A DNA stretch of 63,238 nt, filler included, from Octopus bimaculoides (lineage: Eukaryota): the NCBI RefSeq assembly GCF_001194135.2. It is 7 parts of 6 records of this genome, joined end to end, with 100 filler letters (N's around TTAATTAATTAA, not from the genome) between each part and the next. Parts side by side here need not be neighbours in the genome. Positions count along the whole stretch, not along the records: positions 50,614 to 63,238 come from NC_068981.1; 6 more parts are not named here. One strand, given 5' to 3'. Below, piece after piece: positions 51,814 to 63,238 of this stretch (within the stretch, counting starts at the first letter, position 1; the number at the start of each line of letters is the position of its first letter). The notes under the pieces were generated by a model, which was not told where the DNA came from, ran no database searches, and saw nothing but the letters and a program-made list of their open reading frames with translations. A program made the position numbers and the translations under genes.

Positions 51814-51872
51814 ATATGGCGAGCTACGTTTTCTCTGGATGTGATTATTTCCATAGTTTCTTCAAGCCATAT
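51814..51872 (-). ncRNA. Degenerate type I hammerhead-like motif
   Basis: The minus strand reads ATATGGC-TTGAAGA-(25 nt)-GAAA-acgtagc-TC-GCCATAT. Stem I is a perfect 7 bp and the core C3 is changed to T. Confidence 0.45.
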
Positions 51873-51915
51873 GTTGCATACTCTTGAAGTTCCGTTATAT
51901 GGTGCGTATATATAA

Positions 51916-51946
<31 letters not shown>

Positions 51947-52107
51947 TGTATGTATGTATGTATGTATGTATGTATGTATATATATGCGCGCGCACACACG
52001 CACACAAATATATATATATGTACACATATACGTCTATCTATCTATATATCTATGTGGATATACACATAGATATATAGATAGATGAATAAATAGATAGACG
52101 TATATGC

Positions 52108-52139
<32 letters not shown>

Positions 52140-52831
52140 NNNNNNNNNNNNNNNNNNNNNNNNNNNNNNNNNNNNNNNNNNNNNNNNNNNNNNNNNNNNN
52201 NNNNNNNNNNNNNNNNNNNNNNNNNNNNNNNNNNNNNNNNNNNNNNNNNNNNNNNNNNNNNNNNNNNNNNNNNNNNNNNNNNNNNNNNNNNNNNNNNNNN
52301 NNNNNNNNNNNNNNNNNNNNNNNNNNNNNNNNNNNNNNNNNNNNNNNNNNNNNNNNNNNNNNNNNNNNNNNNNNNNNNNNNNNNNNNNNNNNNNNNNNNN
52401 NNNNNNNNNNNNNNNNNNNNNNNNNNNNNNNNNNNNNNNNNNNNNNNNNNNNNNNNNNNNNNNNNNNNNNNNNNNNNNNNNNNNNNNNNNNNNNNNNNNN
52501 NNNNNNNNNNNNNNNNNNNNNNNNNNNNNNNNNNNNNNNNNNNNNNNNNNNNNNNNNNNNNNNNNNNNNNNNNNNNNNNNNNNNNNNTATATGTTTATGA
52601 ACTTGTGTTGCAAGGTTCCTGATGTGAAACTTTGTGTTGGAACAGATATTGTTGTATTTCAGGATGATCTTTTTTTTTTTTGACAAATAAACAAACGCAC
52701 TATATATTACTTTTCTTATTCTAATTCATGTTCATTGTTCAGAAATCTTTCATCACACATCTGCGTTCTTTTCCGAGACATAGAAGAACAGAATGGAATA
52801 AGCGGTACTAGAGCACATACGAAGACGGAAA

Positions 52832-52886
52832 ATGTCGCTGAAGAGGTCACAGATGTGTGACGAAAGATTTCCGAATAATGGACATG
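52832..52886 (+). ncRNA. Minimal type I hammerhead ribozyme (intact core, likely dimeric)
   Basis: CTGAAGA (52838-52844), extra G, perfect stem II GTCACA-gatg-TGTGAC (52846-52861), GAAA (52862-52865), self-complementary AGATTT and cleavage triplet TTC ending at 52871. Stem I is TCG/CGA. Confidence 0.75.
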
Positions 52887-52995
52887 AGTCAGAATAAAAA
52901 CAGTAATAAACGAGGGAAGAACGAATATGTAGTATAACACTACATATTCGTTCTTCCCTCGTTTATTACTGTTTTTATTCTGACTCATGTCCATT
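52877..52995. repeat. Perfect 57-bp inverted repeat with a 5-nt spacer
   Basis: 52877-52933 is the exact reverse complement of 52939-52995; the spacer is ATAAC. Confidence 0.95.
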
Positions 52996-53050
52996 TGGGG
53001 GAAAAAATGACCGTCTCGAAATATAACATATATATATATACATACACATA

Positions 53051-53584
53051 CAGGGTGTCCCAAAAAGATGTACTGAGTCTTTGATTTTCCAGTACTCATG
53101 CATTTTCTGTTCAAACATATGTTTATTGATATACATACAATCCTGAAAAGTTAAATTAAATTCAGGAAAATAAATTATTGTAGAAACGATTATTTATTGT
53201 CCTTTAGAATTATTTAATGTTCTTTGTCATTCCTGCGTGTTCGCAAATGCTTAAACTGCCTTCCTTCATTTTCCAAACAAAGCTGACAACGTCCAACAAT
53301 AGATTCGACAGCATTGCCAAACATTTCATTTGGAATTGCAAGACATTGTATTCGAATTTCATTCTTCAAATTATCAATTGTCACTGGTTTTGCAGCGTAA
53401 ACCTTATGTTTGAGATGTCCCCGTAAAAAAAGTCTATTGGCGTGAGGTCTGGGGAACGTGCAGGAAATACGACGCTACTTCTCCTCCCAATCTATTTGTT
53501 TGGCTTTGTTGCATCGAGGTAAGCCCTTACATCACAAGAAACAATACATTAGTAATCGTCTGTCAAAGAGTGAGTACATCTTTT
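53051..53584 (-). mobile_element. Internally deleted Tc1/mariner-superfamily element retaining both TIRs and the transposase C-terminus
   Basis: Left end TA-cagggtgtcccaaaaagatgtactgagtctttga; right end tcaaagagtgagtacatctttt runs into an N gap. The minus strand encodes 'K*IGRR...FPARSPDLTPIDFF/GHLKHKVYAAKPVTIDNLKNEI...RCQLCLENEGRQFKHL'. Confidence 0.85.
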
Positions 53585-54334
53585 NNNNNNNNNNNNNNNN
53601 NNNNNNNNNNNNNNNNNNNNNNNNNNNNNNNNNNNNNNNNNNNNNNNNNNNNNNNNNNNNNNNNNNNNNNNNNNNNNNNNNNNNNNNNNNNNNNNNNNNN
53701 NNNNNNNNNNNNNNNNNNNNNNNNNNNNNNNNNNNNNNNNNNNNNNNNNNNNNNNNNNNNNNNNNNNNNNNNNNNNNNNNNNNNNNNNNNNNNNNNNNNN
53801 NNNNNNNNNNNNNNNNNNNNNNNNNNNNNNNNNNNNNNNNNNNNNNNNNNNNNNNNNNNNNNNNNNNNNNNNNNNNNNNNNNNNNNNNNNNNNNNNNNNN
53901 NNNNNNNNNNNNNNNNNNNNNNNNNNNNNNNNNNNNNNNNNNNNNNNNNNNNNNNNNNNNNNNNNNNNNNNNNNNNNNNNNNNNNNNNNNNNNNNNNNNN
54001 NNNNNNNNNNNNNNNNNNNNNNNNNNNNNNNNNNNNNNNNNNNNNNNNNNNNNNNNNNNNNNNNNNNNNNNNNNNNNNNNNNNNNNNNNNNNNNNNNNNN
54101 NNNNNNNNNNNNNNNNNNNNNNNNNNNNNNNNNNNNNNNNNNNNNNNNNNNNNNNNNNNNNNNNNNNNNNNNNNNNNNNNNNNNNNNNNNNNNNNNNNNN
54201 NNNNNNNNNNNNNNNNNNNNNNNNNNNNNNNNNNAACACACAGTCTATTTGCATATATATTTCAAACATATATCTGTTTCACCAATCAATCAGTTACTCA
54301 AACTATCTATTTACTTATTTTTTCTCTCTATGTA

Positions 54335-54365
<31 letters not shown>

Positions 54366-55519
54366 GTGAGTATGTATGTTTCAAACAAAAACTGGGATGG
54401 TTGTGTTTCATGACTACATCCATACATACATACATGCACACATATGTGAGTATATATGTATGTATGCATGTATGCATGGGGTTTCATTTGAAGAAGATTT
54501 AAATGACTATTCACGATAGATCGTGTACCTTTTTAAACACATATAGGAAATCCTTTATATATGAGGAAAATGTCCAACTGGTTGTGAATGACCAGCATGT
54601 GACAGGCTTAGGGGTAGCGGGCAGTTACCTACCATACATTGTTGGGAATACTTGATAAGAAGCAAGCTACAACGCAGTCGTTTGACCTACTAGAAATAGT
54701 AACCAAATCTTCCTCATATGAAATTCTATCCTTTGAAAAGGAAGGATATTTTGAACAAATTATTCCTATTAATAAAAAGAAACTTATTTCAAAGAAAGGG
54801 ATAGCCATGGATGGGCTTGGTTTAATTAGAACTAATCTGGGTTTAATCAACAACGATGACGACAATAACAACAACAACAACAACAACGTCAACAAAGAAA
54901 AATAAAACAACCAAACCTAAATTCAGGAAGTAGTAGGTTTTTGCTTGGATGATCATCTTTAGATTGATCTGATATCTATTTTCGAAAATTGTCATAGAAA
55001 AGCTGCGGTAATGAACTTGGAATAAAATGAGTTAGTCAACTGAATCTATATTAAGATATAACTGCTATATATGTTACTGATCTCGAATAGATGAAGGTAA
55101 AAGCATTTTCAATGGACGTTTGAACACAGAAGCATCAAGGTATAATCTAAAATTTGCAATAGAATTAGTCGAATTCAGAAAAAATATACCCATAGGGGGT
55201 GGGTAGAAAGCATCATAGAAGCTCAAGTAAAAAATGGTGAAAAGAAAAAAATCAGAAAAGTAAAGACAGAAAAAATTCCTACTGAGTCACAGAAAAAGAC
55301 ACAGGAAAGCGAAGTATGTAATGGTATTACTGTTTGATTGTTTTATTAATGATACTGTATATAAAGGTGACTTTTTTCGCATAATGTAATTTCATTATAT
55401 AACCTGTGTTGTAATTGTATACAAGTCTTGCAGAGAAACAATTTAGATTATTTATTTAATTACTTTACTATTCATAGTGTTCAAATGGAAATTGATAATT
55501 TTCTTGCGTCTTTTAAATA

Positions 55520-55790
55520 ATAAAATAACTGTTTCCTTCTCGAGCCATGCCACGCTCATAAGGGTCAGTTTCCCATTTTCAGTGGCGTATATATTCCCCA
55601 CCTGGACGGGATGCCGATCCGTCGCAGGATTACTCATTTTTACCAGCTGAGTGTACTGGAGCAACGCGAAATGAAATGTTTTGCTGAAGAACACAACGCA
55701 CCGCTGGGTCCAGGAAACGAAACCACAATCTTACGATCATGAGTCCAACACCTTAACAACTAAGCCAAGCTCCTCCACTCATAGGACTTT
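55520..55790 (-). mobile_element. tRNA-derived CORE-like SINE (family C)
   Basis: The reverse complement reads ggagcttggcttagttgttaaggtgttggactcatgatcgtaagattgtggtttcgtttcc...gcaaaacatttcatttcgcgttgctccag...gcgacggatcggcatcccgtccagg. Confidence 0.75.
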
Positions 55791-56548
55791 AACTTGTGAC
55801 ATAATTTTTATTCGCTCTCCAGTCAATACTGAGATGTTTCGAAACAGTTAGAGTATCGTTTCAATAGTTATCGCTGCTGTATTTTGTGACATTTTATTTT
55901 TTGTCCTAAGTTCAAATTCTAGTGAAATCGAACTTATATTTTATTATTCCAGAAAAGATTAAATAAGTACCTCAAACACAAACGGCCTAACGACTATACA
56001 CCACTTCATGTGCCATCTTTTGTCCATATTAAAATCATTGCTAATTTCTTAGATATAATGTCCAAGTTTTGTAGGTGTGAGATTATAGTAGAAGGAATCA
56101 ACGTTGTAGTTTGCTAGTACTTATTTTTGGTATGGATTGCGTATTTAATTTCTATATAAGTTCTGAAATAAAGGAAAAAAAAAATAACTGTATATGAGGA
56201 TGTGCAGGTAAATAATTAATTATTCGCCTTCATTTACCTCTTTACTTTTAAGATACTATATATTAGACTTTGTGTGTGTGTGTGTGTGTGTATTTAATTA
56301 AATGAATTGAAATGTGTCCGCCGAAATGAACTGATAATCCCTCATATAACATCCAAAAGCACATCTTTTTTACTCTGATGAAATTATATTCATGTCACAT
56401 AAATGTAAATTTAATGTACAAATTTGCAATTAAACTATTTGAGTATTAATTGAAACAGCTGTAAGAAGCGAAGATGACCAATTTATTAATAATAAACAAT
56501 TATTGACCTCCTTATCTCCATTTTTCCTTTCTTTGATACATACATACA

Positions 56549-56582
<34 letters not shown>

Positions 56583-57603
56583 CATACAATATAACGAACT
56601 GCCTCAACAAAAACCTGGAAAAATTAGGGTTCTCAAAACCTGAAAGAAAAAGTCTGATTAGAAGACTACAGATTCAAGCCATCAATGGAACTGTAAAGAT
56701 ATGTAAAACTTTCCAAAAATTTAGCACATAAATACATATGCATGCATCTAGACATAAAAACGCATCCATAAAACAAACATACAAATCNNNNNNNNNNNNN
56801 NNNNNNNNNNNNNNNNNNNNNNNNNNNNNNNNNNNNNNNNNNNNNNNNNNNNNNNNNNNNNNNNNNNNNNNNNNNNNNNNNNNNNNNNNNNNNNNNNNNN
56901 NNNNNNNNNNNNNNNNNNNNNNNNNNNNNNNNNNNNNNNNNNNNNNNNNNNNNNNNNNNNNNNNNNNNNNNNNNNNNNNNNNNNNNNNNNNNNNNNNNNN
57001 NNNNNNNNNNNNNNNNNNNNNNNNNNNNNNNNNNNNNNNNNNNNNNNNNNNNNNNNNNNNNNNNNNNNNNNNNNNNNNNNNNNNNNNNNNNNNNNNNNNN
57101 NNNNNNNNNNNNNNNNNNNNNNNNNNNNNNNNNNNNNNNNNNNNNNNNNNNNNNNNNNNNNNNNNNNNNNNNNNNNNNNNNNNNNNNNNNNNNNNNNNNN
57201 NNNNNNNNNNNNNNNNNNNNNNNNNNNNNNNNNNNNNNNNNNNNNNNNNNNNNNNNNNNNNNNNNNNNNNNNNNNNNNNNNNNNNNNNNNNNNNNNNNNN
57301 NNNNNNNNNNNNNNNNNNNNNNNNNNNNNNNNNNNNNNNNNNNNNNNNNNNNNNNNNNNNNNNNNNNNNNNNNNNNNNNNNNNNNNNNNNNNNNNNNNNN
57401 NNNNNNNNNNNNNNNNNNNNNNNNNNNNNNNNNNNNNNNNNNNNNNNNNNNNNNNNNNNNNNNNNNNNNNNNNNNNNNNNNNNNNNNNNNNNNNNNNNNN
57501 NNNNNNNNNNNNNNNNNNNNNNNNNNNNNNNNNNNNNNNNNNNNNNNNNNNNNNNNNNNNNNNNNNNNNNNNNNNNNNNNNNNNNNNNNNNNNNNNNNNN
57601 NNN

Positions 57604-57646
<43 letters not shown>

Positions 57647-57741
57647 TGTTTAACAGACATACATCATAAAATACTCTATACGACACTATGAACTTCTCTA
57701 TATACATTTGTATACTATCTATCTATCTATCTATCTATCTA

Positions 57742-57773
<32 letters not shown>

Positions 57774-58880
57774 CTCATTTGGAAAGTTTTTATATAGTGC
57801 TTGTCATGCAAAAATGAAACAATCACAATTCAACAATCCCAACCATCTTGATTTTGTTTGAAATAGCCAGGAGAGCGTATTCTATGTTCTATTTAAAAAA
57901 AAAGTGGGATTTGATTTGGAGAAGCTTGAAATTACAATGTATAGGAGGCCGGGGCACCATATGGCAACTCTGTCGTTACTTAAGACATTGTGAAAATCGT
58001 TTATGAGCGAGGAAAATGTTCAATTAATTATGAATGACCAGCATGTCACAGGCTTAAAGGGAAGGCATAATTGTCTACCATCTGTTGTTGGTCACTTCTT
58101 ATAAAAAAACAAACTACTACACGATTGTTCGACTTACAAGATATAGAATCAACTTAGTATATAACGCACTATATACAACACTGGTTATTAAGATACACTA
58201 TACACTAAACATGTACCACACAGCGCTGCCTTTTACAATGTATGAACACTGTATAACAGAGGTACATCATTACACACGGTATACAACAAAATATACTACA
58301 CTGTAAACTACAGGTACACTCTATTGTAGCTATACATCGTACATTTCGTACTATTGTATATCCACTGAAAATAAATATACATCATAACCCACTATATATA
58401 CGACGATGTATACTGCGCTGTATACTAAAGAAATTGTTGGCATACATCACAAATTCGCTTGTTGTAAAGAGCAAAATGTATGCTGGACATACATCATAAC
58501 GCACATAATATGCTACACTTCATATTAAACACTATATATTTCACACACTGCTTGCTAAGAACACTGCATAATACATTGTTTACTAAGCAGACGCCATACT
58601 AAATGTAAAGGAACCAATAAAACAGCTGCAGGAATTGCTAGAAATAGCAGGTACATGTTACTCAGACCAAATCCTATTTTGTTAAAGCCACATTGGAAAA
58701 TGGAGTTCTGCATATAAAAAAAGATAGAGTAATTACGATTGGAACGTCTTTCCTCATTCTAATGATTTCTTCAATGAGGAATGACCTGAAGTTAAACAAC
58801 ATAGGACAGCAGACATATTACATATCAAAATATAAAATAATTCTACATACTTTTTGTAGTATTAAAAATGTTGCTGAATA

Positions 58881-58943
58881 AAATGATATTGTTGCCCCGT
58901 TAAATGATATTGTTGCCTCGTTAAATGATATTGTTGCCCTGTT
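58881..58943. repeat. 21-bp tandem repeat x3
   Basis: Unit aaatgatattgttgcc(c/t)(c/t)gtt starts at 58881, 58902 and 58923. Confidence 0.9.
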
Positions 58944-59615
58944 AAAAACTTTGCTTCGCTACTATGTTGCTTCCTGTTCTGCCTCACTTTACGAACCATT
59001 GGGCAAGTGTCATAGTCTCGAGTATGATTTAAATTTGGTAGACATAAGCTGAACGGAGGCCCATCGGAGGGAACGTTTTAATTCTTGAGTGGTATAGCTT
59101 AATCCATCGTCCTGTTTTATTTTCGCCCCACCCCACCACTTGCACTTTGGGTACCTTTAGAGGATATTATTCCGGTATAAGCAGACAGGCCAGTTTACTA
59201 ATCTGAAGATAACTTTCTCTGTTCCTCTCACTGAGCCACTGAAATGGATCACGGGCACTGCCTCTTCCTTTGATCTTGTCATAAAAATTCTTACGTTGAA
59301 GATTTCTCTAGTAATTATTGCTGGGTCATCAACTTTGTCCTACTGTGAGTTGTACCTGACGGAATATTGTTTACGTTTTAATGAATAGACTTCCACTTCT
59401 TGGGTTGATAAATCTTAATGAGTGTTGAAAATTTTATATGATTATATCTCTGTAGAAAAGAAAAGCTATAATCATGACCTGTTTTTAGAAGCTCCGTGGC
59501 TTCAATATGCTATACTTTTGGTTGGAGACCAGAACTGAATATTTGTAACAGAGTGGATGCCACCAATGTCACCAGAGGGCCAGGTAGTGACGCTAAATCG
59601 AGCGACGGTGTAGAT

Positions 59616-59894
59616 CAGTGGTTCCCAACCTTTTCACAGTAGTTACAAACAGTGGTAATTTATTTAAATGAATTTTTTCACGGACCCGTTTTAATACGCT
59701 TATCCTTATGTATATATATATATATNNNNNNNNNNNNNNNNNNNNNNNNNNNNNNNNNNNNNNNNNNNNNNNNNNNNNNNNNNNNNNNNNNATATATTAA
59801 TATATGTATATGAAATTTTGAATTTAGTTAACGAACCCCAGTACTACCTTTGCGGACCACCAGGGATCTGCGGACTCCAGGCTGGGAACCACTG
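59616..59894. mobile_element. hAT (Charlie-like) MITE with a perfect 8-bp target-site duplication
   Basis: TIRs CAGTGGTTCCCAACC / GGCTGGGAACCACTG. TSD GTGTAGAT at 59608-59615 and 59895-59902. There is an internal N gap. Confidence 0.9.
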
Positions 59895-60929
59895 GTGTAG
59901 ATCTATTATACAACCATGGGAATCCATAGGATTCGTGTTTAATAGTTTTCACTCAAAATGCTTTGGCCAGCTCGAGACATTGGTTGAATGTACTTGTCGA
60001 AGGTGATGCTAAGGCCGACAAAACTCCAAGTTTCAGAACGAAATTCTTATCACATAGCATATCTGAGTTATTAACAAACTCAACCAACCCGACACTCAAT
60101 CATCCCAGTCTGCTGAAATGGTCTCCCTGGGTGTAATTGCTCAGTGAAATTAAATGTACATAATTAAGAAATTATTTATTGAATTATTTAATTATTGTTA
60201 TTGGTAGTTTAGTAGTACAGCCAGCCGTTTCTCATCATTGAGTACGACTTAGTAACATGTACCATGCTTTAGCAAGTTGTTTTAGATGTCAATGCAGTAG
60301 TGTGTAGATATAGTCACCCTCTCGGTCCTCCAACCCTAGACTCAGTGGATTATCAAAGATATAATAGAAGGACTGAGATAGAGAGAGACGGCTGCAATAA
60401 AACCCGGCTGGTACTCATTACAGCTGAGTGGAGGGAAACAACGTGAAATGGAATGCCTTGTTCAAGAAAACAACGCACTAGTCTGGGAATTAAAGTCAGA
60501 CCTTATGTTCACGAGCCAAACACCTTAACCTGATAATTTTAGTCGAAGTCAAGTTTATCTAAATTCCTTACGTAAGTGCGTGAATTATGACCTCACACAT
60601 TTCCTGTCGTGTGATCCAGTAATTTAAATAGAAGTCTTGCATGCAAAGAGATTAAAAGTGCGAATATAAAACAAGTTAGACGTCCCTGCATACAGAAGGC
60701 TTTACTTCTTAACTACAACACTTATTTTGTTGAATATATTCAATCAAGGAAACCTATGATAACAGCTGTTCCAAACATGGCCATCTTCATTTTTATTAAG
60801 TTGTACTGCATCTAAGAGAATATATTACATTGCAAAGTGTGATTTGAGAAATACCTTGTTGCTATTTGTTTTGAATGGAGTGACCATGTTGAGTCCTTCT
60901 TAGTTGCTCAAAGCAAGTTAAATATTAGT

Positions 60930-61360
60930 TTCAAACTTTGGCACAAGGCCAGCAATTTCGGGGGAGAGGGTAAGTCGACTATATCGACACCAGTGCTCAA
61001 CTGGTAGTTATATCGACCCTGAAAGGATGAAAGGTAAAGTCGTTCTTGGCAGAATTTGAACCGTGAAGACGGACGAAATACCGCTAAAAATATCGCCCTG
61101 TACTAATGATTCAGCCAGTTCCCCGTCATAAACAAGTTAAATATTCTTTCTTGCTTTAGGCACAAGGCCTGAAATTTTGGGGGAGGGAAACAGTCAATTA
61201 GATCGACCCCAGAACGCAACTGGTACTTAATTTATCAACCCCAAAAGGATTAAAGGTAAAGTCGACCTCGGCGGAATTTGAACTCAGAACGTAAAGACAG
61301 ACGAAATACCGCTGAGCATCTCGCCCGGCGTGTTAACATTTCTGCTAGCTCGCTGCCTGA
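60930..61360 (-). mobile_element. Two tandem SINE family B copies, CpG-rich
   Basis: Copies at about 60930-61130 and 61150-61360, e.g. gtcgacctcggcggaatttgaactcagaacgtaaagacagacgaaataccgctgagcatctcgcccggcgtg. Confidence 0.85.
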
Positions 61361-61493
61361 AACGAGTTAAATATTTAGATGAAATTTATGAGCTCTGTCT
61401 GTCTGTCTGTCTGTCTGTCTGTCAGTCTGTCGCTTAAATAAATTCTTTGTACAAGCATACACATTCATAAACGTATACAGGCGGATACACCAG

Positions 61494-61539
<46 letters not shown>

Positions 61540-62356
61540 CACATGCACATCACACACATATTTTTAACATTTTGTCTTGTGAAAGCAGCAAAATAAATGA
61601 GTATAGTCACAACCAATTGAGTATGTAAAGCATATTATTCACGATACATCATTTACAAACTCAATTAATTAAGAACTAATTAAAAATTAATACATCAGAA
61701 ATAGTATTAAGTTTTAAAGAGTATCTAACTTGAGAAATTTATCGAAACTTAGGACTCTAAGTCTCACAGATGTGATAAAAAAAAAATCGGCAAACCGAAA
61801 TACAAATAAAAGAATAAAAGAAATGAAACGAAGCACAGAAATAAACAGCAACAAAAATGAACTAAACTAGAATTATTCAATGCCAAAGTAAAGTGGTCAA
61901 ATTTTTTGCTGCGAAATGGAAATCGAAACCGTGTATAAGGCAAACTTAGCATCGTACTTTCGATTCCCAGCAATTTGCGCACGAACATTGATTTGTTTGT
62001 TTTGATTAGGTACGGCGGCGCCATGCCAACTATGTGTGAATGGATATAATTAACTAAACACTGTGTCGTAAATTACTGGTACACACACACACACACATAC
62101 ATACACATACTGAGAAAGAGAGAGGAGGAGGGAGAGGGGGAAGTAGTGAACGTTTCTATTTACAAATGAAAATAAAATACATAAGTGTATACCACATTAA
62201 AATACTAAAATAGAAGGTCACTCTATATCTTATTAGAATATAAGTTCAAGCTACTTGAATCATATGTGTAAGCTTCATATTATCGATTTCACACGCATAC
62301 ACACACACATACACACAGGCGCATTCACATACGCATATGTATACGTACATACATAC

Positions 62357-62395
<39 letters not shown>

Positions 62396-62401
<6 letters not shown>

Positions 62402-62725
62402 GATTAACTTACACCTGGGCGACTACAGGTTTCGACCTGTAATCGTCCAGGTCATGACTCATTCAACTACCTGGAGAAGGCACTTTATAATTTTTCCCTC
62501 TTCTATTTTTCGGTCATAGTCGAGCAAAGCGTTATTGCTTNNNNNNNNNNNNNNNNNNNNNNNNNNNNNNNNNNNNNNNNNNNNNNNNNNNNNNNNNNNN
62601 NAAGTGAATATGGTACTTAAGTTGAGGCACCAGAATTTGTATTATCCATACAATTTTAAAGTAAGGTGATTAAAATCAAAATAAGCAACTAGGATATCCA
62701 GAGGATATCCTGGCTGCTTACTTTG

Positions 62726-62761
<36 letters not shown>

Positions 62762-62799
62762 TATGCCCCAGCATAGCCGCAGCTATGTATGTATGTATG

Positions 62800-62835
<36 letters not shown>

Positions 62836-62974
62836 GATTAACTTACACCTGGGCGACTACAGGTTTCGACCTGTAATCGTCCAGGTCATGACTCATTCAA
62901 CTACCTGGAGAAGGCACTTTATAATTTTTCCCTCTTCTATTTTTCGGTCATAGTCGAGCAAAGCGTTATTGCTT
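62396..62974 (+). repeat. Exact 145-bp direct duplication (62396-62540 and 62830-62974) across an N gap
   Basis: Both copies read taattagattaacttacacctgggcg...gagcaaagcgttattgctt. The first copy ends exactly at the gap (62541). Confidence 0.9.
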
Positions 62975-63197
62975 GCAAGAGACATATACAAGTGTAGGCA
63001 ACTGATATAGAACTTCTTGAAAGTATTTGTTCAGGAACCCGCTGAATTCTACAAGCATCCCTTTCTACTCTTATGCATCTTGGGATGGGATCAAAGCAAA
63101 CAAGACCATAATGTGTATGTCTGTGTGTGTGTATGTATATATATATATACACACACATACGTATATATGCAAATTATATATATGTATATATACACAC

Positions 63198-63238
<41 letters not shown>

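Noticed and set aside
59170-59300. Minus-strand 'DPFQWLSERNRESYLQISKLACLLIP' resembling a hAT dimerisation domain
   Set aside because: The similarity is short and weak, and no other transposase motifs or TIRs were found nearby.

Overview
This is AT-rich, microsatellite-laden metazoan genomic DNA. Cephalopod/Octopus is inferred from the SINE families and repeat load; the sequence does not prove it. The window is not one contiguous locus: six artificial 100-bp spacers (about 44 N + TTAATTAATTAA + about 44 N) join seven segments. Segment 1 (1-29296) holds five spliced exons of a GARNL3-like RapGAP-domain gene on the + strand. One of its introns (17649-19347) is a minor-spliceosome (U12-type) GT-AG intron. 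The introns are filled with CpG-decayed SINEs, a full-length dead Hsmar1-like mariner, a decayed Penelope-like element, MITEs and an RTE LINE 3' end that shares its tail with a SINE family. Later segments carry a dead Gypsy pol with its 3' LTR, an intronless aldo-keto reductase C-terminal half, several DNA-transposon MITEs, a 61-bp fold-back element and several hammerhead-ribozyme-like motifs. The most unusual structure is at 52704-52995. There an intact-core, probably dimeric hammerhead is flanked upstream by a degenerate antisense copy of itself and downstream by a perfect 57-bp inverted repeat. Nearly all ORFs in the supplied track are microsatellite or N-gap artefacts. No rRNA, true tRNA or CRISPR array was seen. 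All structures were read by eye, with no folding or database searches.
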